A DNA stretch of 20,000 bases from an uncultured virus (IMG/VR IMGVR_UViG_3300027659_000025) (taxonomy: Duplodnaviria > Heunggongvirae > Uroviricota > Caudoviricetes). This document shows, piece after piece, positions 8,076 to 16,061 of the stretch. Position 1 is the first letter of the stretch; each line of letters begins with the position of its first letter. A program made the translations under genes and the position numbers. Location: IMG/VR virus record IMGVR_UViG_3300027659_000025; one strand, written 5' to 3'. The notes beneath the pieces were generated by a model. That model worked only from the letters and a program-made list of their open reading frames with translations, ran no database searches and was not told the DNA's origin.

Positions 8076-8366
8076 TTAGTTTGTTTGACTGTAAGTTTTA
8101 CCGGTTATTGCTTTATATTGCTTCTCTTGATACTCTAAAATTATTTTAATACGCTCTTCAATACGTGCATTTTGTTCTTTAATAGTCGTAATAGACGTAT
8201 TTGTTTGATCTTTTAATGTTGCAAGTTGAACTGTAATTGCAGCTTGTTCTCTTACTGTTTGTTCTAAAGTAGCTATTTTATTTTGTTGTTGACCCCATGC
8301 AGTGCCAACGGCCAATAATGCTAAGAATATTGGCCAGTGATTTTTCAGCCAATCTACCGCATTCAT
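8076..8366 (-). CDS. Membrane-anchored coiled-coil protein (96 aa), possibly lysis-related
   Basis: N-terminal hydrophobic helix WPIFLALLAVGTAWG followed by heptad-like sequence; ATGA overlap with the upstream gene. Confidence 0.55.
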   Translation of the reverse strand: MNAVDWLKNHWPIFLALLAVGTAWGQQQNKIATLEQTVREQAAITVQLATLKDQTNTSITTIKEQNARIEERIKIILEYQEKQYKAITGKTYSQTN

Positions 8367-8674
8367 AACATTCCAGACTTTTTAAATAACAACATTACTA
8401 ATAAACCAATACCTGCATACGTAGCTCTATCAAACCAAACTGATAGTTTTCTATTTGCTGGTATTTGCTCTTCTAATACTTTTAACCTTTCTTCAATTCT
8501 TTCAATACATGCAAAAGATCTTTCTTGTGCAGCTGCTGCATGTGACTGACGTTCTTCAATTAAAGTTAATTTAGTAATAGCTGTAGTTAATTCCTTTAAG
8601 GCTGATTTCATGTCTGTGACAACTTCGCTTAAGCTGTCGAATTTGTGATTTAAAAGCGAAACATCTTCGTTCAT
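8363..8674 (-). CDS. Coiled-coil protein with C-terminal transmembrane helix (103 aa), holin-like/XhlA-like architecture
   Basis: N-terminal heptad region (LTTAITKLTLIEERQ), then ATYAGIGLLVMLLF and a basic KK tail; GAGGA RBS. Confidence 0.55.
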   Translation of the reverse strand: MNEDVSLLNHKFDSLSEVVTDMKSALKELTTAITKLTLIEERQSHAAAAQERSFACIERIEERLKVLEEQIPANRKLSVWFDRATYAGIGLLVMLLFKKSGML

Positions 8675-8705
8675 TTAGTCCTCTGCTTTGTAGTTTAAAT
8701 GTTAC

Positions 8706-9266
8706 TTACAGAGGCCATACTAAGGAAGGCAACTCTGATTCAATTTCTGAATAACTTCCAGGAATAGGCCTTAGGTTGTTTTCTACATCTGATAATATTT
8801 CAAGCAATTTTGCCCAAGTAGCATCACGTACATTTACACAATATTGCCCTTCAGTTGCAAATTTAGCAGTAGGACTTGTTGCATAAGTACAAGCAGAGAG
8901 AATATTATCATAATTACGTGTTTGAGCAAATTGATCTAAACGATATTGAGTTTGTTGAATAATATTATTTTTGATTGAGTTATTTCTAACTTCTTGAGCT
9001 GCAATTATTGCTGCAGCTTCATCTTCTTGATTGTTATAAATTTTAACAACTTCCCACTGTTGTTCCCAAGTTCCCTTATCATTTAATATAGGTGCAATTT
9101 CTCTAGCATACTCAGTAACAGTATCATGTGCTGGCTGTGGACTAGCAAATACAAATACATAATCTTCAGGGGGTTGGAAAGATACTGAAAAACTTGTATT
9201 TAAAAACGCTGATCTAATATCTTGTTCAGATACTGGATATTGATTGGTGGTAATATTTAGGTACAT
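8706..9266 (-). CDS. Putative tail fibre assembly/chaperone-like protein (186 aa)
   Basis: C-terminal LDQFAQTRNYDNILSACTYATS...F..EG......RDATW...LP.L.WP pattern of phage fibre-associated proteins; located directly after fibre-like genes. Confidence 0.6.
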   Translation of the reverse strand: MYLNITTNQYPVSEQDIRSAFLNTSFSVSFQPPEDYVFVFASPQPAHDTVTEYAREIAPILNDKGTWEQQWEVVKIYNNQEDEAAAIIAAQEVRNNSIKNNIIQQTQYRLDQFAQTRNYDNILSACTYATSPTAKFATEGQYCVNVRDATWAKLLEILSDVENNLRPIPGSYSEIESELPSLVWPL

Positions 9267-9274
9267 AATGACTC

Positions 9275-11167
9275 CTATGCGATTGCTAAAAATAGATAAG
9301 TAGCAGTATTAACATTAATATTAGTTGTAGCTAATTGATTTACAATAAATCCAGTAGCTACAGGGTCAATAGAATCGTCCGTTGTTATTTCTGCATCAGT
9401 ACCGTTTAAGATAAGGTAAGGATCGTTTGCTGCTATGATACCTCTAGTAGTATCCCAAACGTACCAATTACCACCACTACTAATACTTTTAATAAGTACA
9501 AATCTTGCACCTGCTACAAAATTACAATTAATTGTTTGCAAAGTACCATTACCAGTATATGAACCTACTTTAGAAATGCCAGCACTGGATGCAAAAATCC
9601 AAGCTAGATAGTTAGATCCGTTTTGATTAACTACAGCATTGGTAGTTAATGAAAAACCTGTTGAGGTAGGTAGTGTGTTATCCCAATGAGCTACGGCACC
9701 AAAAGCATTAGTCAAATGTAAAAACAAAGCATTATCTTTACCTACTGGTGCAGAGTATACAGCCCAATCTGTACTTGTTGTACGATTTTTTACAATTATT
9801 AGTTCAGGAACAACACCTAAATTATGTGTAATAACACGAGCAGCATTTGTCCCAGAATAACAGACTTGATCAAATACGCCTCTAGCACGTTTAAAGAGCC
9901 ATCCAATGTAAGTTGTACTAGATGTGTTGGCAAAATTTGAATTTAAAGTAACACCATTCATATTAAATGATGTTATAGCTGACCCTGATCCTTCAGCATT
10001 ATTTAAATTAGAAAACAGTCTACCTGAAGCAACGCCTCTTAATCTATCCCAAATATTATGTGAGCTATTTCCTGGCGTACCTGCTCTCCATTTTGCCCAA
10101 AAAAGATCTGGAGCTACTAAAGTAGAAGTAGTTATTGTCTGTACATCACTATTTCCAGTATATGCAACTGCTTGTAATACCTGTGTTCCAGCTGTTGGTG
10201 GTTTGTTAGAACGACGAACAGCTATATAAATAAAATTTGCAGATGCGCTAATATTTATTTTAAAACCTGTAGCAGTAGGAGAATTAACACCACCCCAAGA
10301 ACCATCTATTCCTATTGTAGTGTTTAAAACACCACTGCCTGAAACCCTATCTACCCAGTTGCGCGTAGTATCAAATATCCACCAATCAGAAGTTGCAGTA
10401 ACATTTTTAACTATTAAAAATTGTGGTTCCCAACCTAAATTTACTGTTGCATCGCCGACAGCATCGGTAGTAAAAGTTCCACATTGGATATTTCCATCAG
10501 TTGTGGTATCATGGGCAAACAAATAGGCAACATAAGTACCTCCACTTACATTGGCGTCAGCAGAACCACTGATACTTGGTGGTCCAAATACAGAGCTTGT
10601 TGCAGTCCAGTTGGTAAATGAAATCGTCGAGGCAAGTTCAGTTGTATTAAGTCTAAGAACTTTATCGTCACCTTGAGAACGATGATAAACAAACCAATTG
10701 CTTGTAGAGTTTAATCTTTTAATTATAATAAGACCAGGCGCAATTTCCAGATTGTGAGCAATGCTTTGTGCGTTTGTTGCTCCGTTGCCAGTATATGTTA
10801 CTATATCAAAGAATTTAGGAGCTTTGCGAAAGGTCCAGCTTGCATATGTAGCGGTATTACTATTTAATTTTGATAACGTACCAAGAGCAAATCCGTTAGA
10901 ATTAAACGCAGTTAACCCTGTTGTTTGTGTTGTTGCCGCTGCCGTGGTGTCGACAGCTAAATCAAACGTAGCTCCACGAACTGTATCATATAAAGCATGA
11001 GCAGTTGTATTGTTTCGACCTTTCATCCATACGAGGCCACCTTTTCCGGATAAATTAATTCCATTAGTAATTGTTTGAGTTGAGCCGTTGCCTGTATAAG
11101 TATATGCACTGAAAACATCATCACTATAAGTTATTGCTGTTGGCATTCCGCCTTGTAATGGAAACAT
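9275..11167 (-). CDS. 630 aa YTGNG-repeat beta-domain virion protein (fibre/receptor-binding-like)
   Basis: Repeated modules beginning YTGNG/YSGTN with H.L...P.LII.K...W.VY and WDT.RG motifs; the protein is roughly a twofold internal duplication. This architecture is common in aquatic phage structural modules. Confidence 0.65.
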   Translation of the reverse strand: MFPLQGGMPTAITYSDDVFSAYTYTGNGSTQTITNGINLSGKGGLVWMKGRNNTTAHALYDTVRGATFDLAVDTTAAATTQTTGLTAFNSNGFALGTLSKLNSNTATYASWTFRKAPKFFDIVTYTGNGATNAQSIAHNLEIAPGLIIIKRLNSTSNWFVYHRSQGDDKVLRLNTTELASTISFTNWTATSSVFGPPSISGSADANVSGGTYVAYLFAHDTTTDGNIQCGTFTTDAVGDATVNLGWEPQFLIVKNVTATSDWWIFDTTRNWVDRVSGSGVLNTTIGIDGSWGGVNSPTATGFKINISASANFIYIAVRRSNKPPTAGTQVLQAVAYTGNSDVQTITTSTLVAPDLFWAKWRAGTPGNSSHNIWDRLRGVASGRLFSNLNNAEGSGSAITSFNMNGVTLNSNFANTSSTTYIGWLFKRARGVFDQVCYSGTNAARVITHNLGVVPELIIVKNRTTSTDWAVYSAPVGKDNALFLHLTNAFGAVAHWDNTLPTSTGFSLTTNAVVNQNGSNYLAWIFASSAGISKVGSYTGNGTLQTINCNFVAGARFVLIKSISSGGNWYVWDTTRGIIAANDPYLILNGTDAEITTDDSIDPVATGFIVNQLATTNINVNTATYLFLAIA

Positions 11168-11176
11168 CGTATATCC

Positions 11177-12922
11177 TTATAGATTTTGACTGTTGCCAGT
11201 ACATAACAGGAAAAATGTAGTTCCACCGTCGTTAGAAGCAACTATAAAATTAAATATATCAACTTTACCACTTGTACCTGTCAAAGTAGGAGCAGTACCT
11301 CCAGCAAATTTAACTGTAGCAGGCCAAGTTATAGTAGTCCCGCCATTATATCGTACAACAGCTTGATATTGATAACCTGCATACGTACTTAAAGTACCCG
11401 TTAAAGTTAAAGTAGTTATATTTGCATTAAGATTGATACGCATAATGCTATTAACTGTTAAATCCCAAGTTAAAGCATTTGTTGTAGGAGCAGTTTCAGC
11501 TGAAATACTAGGACGTTGAGGTGCAGTGAAGTTTGTAGCTACACTAGGTGATACATAATCAGTACCAGCTGTTGCTGCACTAATTGCTGTACCATTGCCT
11601 TTGAGAACACCTGTAACTGAAGTTGTTAAAGTAATAGCAGGGGTGGATGTTGCAGTTGCTGTACCAGTAAAACCATTAGTTGATACAATTGAAACACCGG
11701 TAACAGTACCAGTATTAGCTGTGGCTCCTGTGGCTATGCCATCTAGTTTAGTTTTATCTGCAGCAGACATTGAACCTGCTGCACTGATAGTAGCAGCACT
11801 AATACTAATAGCAGGTGCTGTGCCACCACTTGATACTATAGGTGCTGTACCTGTAACACCTGTTACTGAGCCGGTACCAGAAGAAGGCGTATAAGCCTCC
11901 CAAGCAGTTCCACCAGCATTGATTCTAACTGATTGACCTGCTGTAGGAGTTACAGTTGCGTAAGTATTTAATGTAGTAGAAACTGGAATCGAAAGAGCTG
12001 CGATCGTGCTAAGACCAGTACCACCTTGTGTAACACCAACTGTACCTGTGCTCGTAAGATTTTTACTTGCATCTGTGAATACTGCTTTTGATGCGGTTAG
12101 ATTAACAATGTTAAGGTTGCCGGAGGCATCGATCTTCATGCGCTCAGTTAAAGTGCCTCCATTTAAAGACGTGCTAAACCCCAAGTAAGTGTCGTCTGTA
12201 CCGGCCCCACTTGATTGAACACCAAACGATATTTTAGATTTGCCAGCAACACTATTGGAAAACTCAATACCAGAACCACCATCAAGGTTGTTGAACAACT
12301 TGATAGCTGTTGGGTCCAAGCTGGTTGTGGCCGCAACATCGTTTCTTATTTCCAGCTTGCTTCCCGGCGAAGTCGTCCCAATCCCGAGGTTTCCGGAGGC
12401 ATCGAGACGCATACGTTCTGCAGGCGGGCTGCCAGTGTGGAAAGTAATTGGACTGTTACCGTCCGTTATAATGTTCAGACGATTAATTGAGTACAGCAGG
12501 CCGCTAGCTGCGCCGGCGCCGCCATAGACGTAAGACGCACCCGTTACGCCAAACGAGACACGACTTGTGGCGTTAACGACAGCAACACCGTTGTCAGTTG
12601 TATTGAGCGTAGCAGCAGATGGAACACCTACAGTAACTAAGCGGTTAACTGCTGTTGTGCCAACTAGGAAATTTGTTCCATCAAACACCAGCCCACTACT
12701 ACTAGCCAGCGTACCCGTACCACTAGCGTAGACAACGCCGTTAGCAGTGTATGAAGTCAACCCGGTGCCGCCGTTGGCAACAGCTACAGTCCCTTCTAAT
12801 TTAGAATCATTTAATGATTTAAAGTTACCATCTACTTCATCATTAGTAAGCCCACTGCCTTTTGCTGTAGTAGAAGTAGGAACTGTAGGACTAACTGAAC
12901 CACGATACGTTATATTTGCCAT
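11177..12922 (-). CDS. Tail/virion fibre protein (581 aa)
   Basis: N-terminal KGSGLTNDEVDGNFKSLN, two V..GGTG shaft motifs, ERMR(L)DASGNLGIGTTSP-type motifs, MSAADKTKLDGIATGA motif, and a C-terminal ITWPATVKFAGGTAPTLT..GKVDIF domain. Confidence 0.8.
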   Translation of the reverse strand: MANITYRGSVSPTVPTSTTAKGSGLTNDEVDGNFKSLNDSKLEGTVAVANGGTGLTSYTANGVVYASGTGTLASSSGLVFDGTNFLVGTTAVNRLVTVGVPSAATLNTTDNGVAVVNATSRVSFGVTGASYVYGGAGAASGLLYSINRLNIITDGNSPITFHTGSPPAERMRLDASGNLGIGTTSPGSKLEIRNDVAATTSLDPTAIKLFNNLDGGSGIEFSNSVAGKSKISFGVQSSGAGTDDTYLGFSTSLNGGTLTERMKIDASGNLNIVNLTASKAVFTDASKNLTSTGTVGVTQGGTGLSTIAALSIPVSTTLNTYATVTPTAGQSVRINAGGTAWEAYTPSSGTGSVTGVTGTAPIVSSGGTAPAISISAATISAAGSMSAADKTKLDGIATGATANTGTVTGVSIVSTNGFTGTATATSTPAITLTTSVTGVLKGNGTAISAATAGTDYVSPSVATNFTAPQRPSISAETAPTTNALTWDLTVNSIMRINLNANITTLTLTGTLSTYAGYQYQAVVRYNGGTTITWPATVKFAGGTAPTLTGTSGKVDIFNFIVASNDGGTTFFLLCTGNSQNL

Positions 12923-12990
12923 TTTTGCCCTTTAATAAAGATAACAGGGCAGAATCGCCCCTATTGGTTATAGGGTACGACCCTATTTCA

Positions 12991-13455
12991 TCATGCTACA
13001 GTAACTTTCCAAGTGATTGTTAATGTATCATTAGCACCTTTATTGATAACGCTAAATACGGTACGGCATAACATTGTACCTGCACTTGATGCATTAAATA
13101 TACCTGCTTCTGTAAGTGCACCAGTACCATTACCTGCAGCAAAAGTAGCTACATATTGAGAAGTATCATTCGTCACAGTAGTAGTAACGTTACTTGCAGT
13201 TACATTTGCACGTGTTCCAATCTCTGTACCTAAAGCACTATCAGCAATAACAGCAGCGACAGCTCCAGTGCCAACACCAATATGTGTCATTGCAGTAGGA
13301 GTATTTACTGTTGTCTTTTGCATTGACTGTGCAATAAACGCTTTACCGTTATTAACAACAAGGTTAGGGATTTCACGCTCGTCTTTAATATTTCCAAACT
13401 CATCTGTTAATGTAACACTGAGTCTGCCGTAAATTTTGATGATTTCAGATAACAT
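12991..13455 (-). CDS. Small structural protein, tail-collar-fibre N-terminal-like (DUF3751-like fold), 154 aa
   Basis: NLVVNNGK..IA, MTHIGVGTG, D.AL..E, LTEAGIFNA..GTMLCR and K...DTLTITW motifs match that fold family; AAGGA RBS. Confidence 0.6.
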   Translation of the reverse strand: MLSEIIKIYGRLSVTLTDEFGNIKDEREIPNLVVNNGKAFIAQSMQKTTVNTPTAMTHIGVGTGAVAAVIADSALGTEIGTRANVTASNVTTTVTNDTSQYVATFAAGNGTGALTEAGIFNASSAGTMLCRTVFSVINKGANDTLTITWKVTVA

Positions 13456-13464
13456 AATTTTTCC

Positions 13465-15321
13465 TTAAATTGTATAAGTTTGACCAACATAATCAGATAC
13501 AGTATAACTAGTATCTTGAAAATAACTTTGTTGAAATGCAGTCTTAGATTCAGATATTGTAATAGTATCTGTTACTATTCTTGCATTACCAAGTGAGATA
13601 ACGACATTCTCAATAAAACTAACAGTATCTCTAATTTCTTTTGTAAATACTAGTAATACGCTGTCAGAGCTTAATAATGTATCTTGTATTGATGAACTAA
13701 TAATAAGAGATACATTTTCAGTAAATGAAAAGTTATCTGTAATTGTTCTAAGATAGGAAGCTACTAACGCTATTGTATCTGTAATTGTGTTAGTATCGGT
13801 TAAATTTTTACCAAATGTAGCATATTGATCATCGTCAATAACAGCTTCACCAAGAATATCATCTGTTGGATATACAAAATCTGATACAATTCTATTAAAA
13901 CTAGTTGTGCTACTAAAAATGTCTGACAGAGTAGTATTGTCAACTAACCTACTACCAGCATTAAAGGAAATTAATTCATTAATTGAAATTGAATCATTAT
14001 ATTGAGAAGCTACTGCTAAGCTCAAAATTTCATTTAATGTTATACTATCAGTAATATTTCTAGCATACGCTGCTACTATTTCAACAGTATCATTAATTGC
14101 AATACTGTCTAGGCTTACAGAATTAATATTAAGTAATAAAGATTCAGTTATTGAAAAGCTATCTGAAAATGTTCTAAGAAAACCTGTAGAAAATGAAATG
14201 TTATCTACAAAAGAAATTGAATCATTGTATTGAGAGTTAACTCCAATACTAATATTTTCAATTAGTGTGGCGGTATCGGTAAAGCTTCTATTGTATTCTG
14301 CAACTATTCCAATAGTATCATTAATTACAATACTGTCTGAGCTTGCAGAATTAATATTAAAAGATAAGCTTTCACCTATTGAAAAGCTATCTGAAAATGT
14401 TCTAAACAGTCCAACAGAAAATAAAATGTTATCTACAAAAGAAATTGAATCATTATATTGAGAGTTAACTCCAATACTAATATTTTCAATTAATGTAGTA
14501 TTATCGGTAAATAATCTGTCAAATGCAGAAAGTAACACAATTGTATCTGTAATTGTGTTAGTATCGATTAAATTTTTACCAAATGTAGCATATTGATCAT
14601 CGTCAATAACAGCTTCACCAAGAATATCATCTGTTGGATATACAAAATCTGATATTACTTTAGTTGATTGAAATTCTAAAAGCTCAGTAGTGCTAAAACT
14701 CTCTGTAAGAGTTCTGTTTATTGCGAGCGCTGTTGAGATGCTATCTGTAATTGTACTTGTATCAACAAGAAATTTACCAAATGTAACATACTGATCATCA
14801 TCGATATTTGCTACACCTAAAACATCATCGGTAGCACTTATCGAATCTAGAACAGTGCGATTAAAGTCAACAACTGTACTAAATATATCAGATAGCACTG
14901 TAGTATCTGACAGTTGTTTACCAAATTGTTTCAATGCACTATCAACTATTGAAATAGAATCTTCAAAAAGTCTTCCAGTTGAAAGGAGAAGATTAATAGT
15001 ATCAGTTATCTCAATAAAGTCAGGTGTAAAATTAAATAAACCAGGACTTGGTATATTTCCTTCACCAAGACCAGACAAAGACACTAAAGTTTCAATATCA
15101 GCAACTAATGCTGATAAGTCAGGTGATGCTACTATCCCCTGAGTGTCTGGAGAAGAAGGTGTAGTCGCTGTTACTTCAGGTTCTGTTTGATTTACATTAG
15201 CATTAGAGCCTGATAAATCAACTTGAAGCTCTGGCGTAGTGATCGTTACGGTTTTATCGCCGTTTACAACAACTACATTAGGTTCATTTGCTTGTACAGC
15301 AATATTAGTAGTAGTTGTCAT
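13465..15321 (-). CDS. 618 aa acidic D/S/T/I-rich repeat protein, putative virion fibre/stalk
   Basis: Periodic (F/L/I)xD(S/T)xxxx(D/E) units, three TDD(I/V)LG.A.IDDDQY.TFGK.L units, and a C-terminal YF..SY..SDYVG motif. Confidence 0.6.
   Translation of the reverse strand: MTTTTNIAVQANEPNVVVVNGDKTVTITTPELQVDLSGSNANVNQTEPEVTATTPSSPDTQGIVASPDLSALVADIETLVSLSGLGEGNIPSPGLFNFTPDFIEITDTINLLLSTGRLFEDSISIVDSALKQFGKQLSDTTVLSDIFSTVVDFNRTVLDSISATDDVLGVANIDDDQYVTFGKFLVDTSTITDSISTALAINRTLTESFSTTELLEFQSTKVISDFVYPTDDILGEAVIDDDQYATFGKNLIDTNTITDTIVLLSAFDRLFTDNTTLIENISIGVNSQYNDSISFVDNILFSVGLFRTFSDSFSIGESLSFNINSASSDSIVINDTIGIVAEYNRSFTDTATLIENISIGVNSQYNDSISFVDNISFSTGFLRTFSDSFSITESLLLNINSVSLDSIAINDTVEIVAAYARNITDSITLNEILSLAVASQYNDSISINELISFNAGSRLVDNTTLSDIFSSTTSFNRIVSDFVYPTDDILGEAVIDDDQYATFGKNLTDTNTITDTIALVASYLRTITDNFSFTENVSLIISSSIQDTLLSSDSVLLVFTKEIRDTVSFIENVVISLGNARIVTDTITISESKTAFQQSYFQDTSYTVSDYVGQTYTI
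13772..14654. repeat. Intragenic duplications in the 618 aa gene
   Basis: 115-nt direct repeat at 13772-13886 and 14540-14654 (offset 768, one mismatch seen), enclosing an imperfect tandem 228-nt unit (about 14062-14289 and 14290-14517). Confidence 0.9.
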
Positions 15322-15329
15322 AAACGCCT

Positions 15330-15914
15330 TTATGGAACTATGTCAGTAGGACTGAATAGAATTTGTACAAGACCTCTAACAGGTTTCCATGTTCTTCTGA
15401 AAATACTATCGACAGGTTCAGTTACACGCAATTCAAAGAATCCATAAACAGAAGCACCGACTGTTGGTGACACTGTCCAAGTTGATCCTAATGTGCTAGG
15501 ATATTGTATATAAAGCTTACTTAATGACGTAACTGACCAAACAGGATCGGAGCTAGGAGGAGTAGAATTAATTCTACCTGCACCAGTAAGTAATTTGTAA
15601 TATATGCCGTTATACAATACAACTTCCTCTTTATTGTATGCTTGAGCAGCATCCCAATTTCCTCTCTTTGTAGGTATTCTTACAACTAATATTGTCTGAA
15701 CACCTGAGGGTTGTATTGTAGTAGGAATTGAACCCTCTGATGTATTTAAAGCTTCTACAACAACAGCTTCATATGTATAACCTGCAGTTACATCTGTGAG
15801 GAAGTTCATTGTAATAGGGAACTCTAATTGTTCTCCTTTTACAAATGACCATAAGACTGAACCACCATCTGTTATAAGATCATCTGCAATTTCAGTAATT
15901 GGCGATCTTGCCAT
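15330..15914 (-). CDS. Hypothetical structural protein (194 aa) with an embedded CBM5/12-like motif
   Basis: WDAAQAYNKEEVVLYNGIYYK...PPSSDPVW matches the W...Y....V.Y.G..Y pattern of small carbohydrate-binding modules; AAGGA RBS. Confidence 0.55.
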   Translation of the reverse strand: MARSPITEIADDLITDGGSVLWSFVKGEQLEFPITMNFLTDVTAGYTYEAVVVEALNTSEGSIPTTIQPSGVQTILVVRIPTKRGNWDAAQAYNKEEVVLYNGIYYKLLTGAGRINSTPPSSDPVWSVTSLSKLYIQYPSTLGSTWTVSPTVGASVYGFFELRVTEPVDSIFRRTWKPVRGLVQILFSPTDIVP

Positions 15915-15977
15915 AGTACTTCCTTTAAGTTAAGAGGTACTACCTCCTTTTGATTGTTCTTGTATAAAAATTTTCGT

Positions 15978-16007
15978 AAAAAACCCCACAACTTTTTGGC
16001 TGTGGGG
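15978..16007 (-). terminator. Rho-independent terminator downstream of the terminase large subunit
   Basis: Minus strand reads CCCCACAGC-CAAAAA-GTTGTGGGG (9-bp stem with one G-U pair) followed by TTTTTT. Confidence 0.8.
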
Positions 16008-16061
16008 AATTTTCTACTAGAGATGATCAATTAGTGTTTTGTATGCTTAAAGGTAATCAAT

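Noticed and set aside
13772..14654. Diversity-generating retroelement template/variable repeat pair
   Set aside because: Both copies are in frame within one gene and differ at a single position. There is no pattern of multiple adenine-specific substitutions and no reverse transcriptase in the window.
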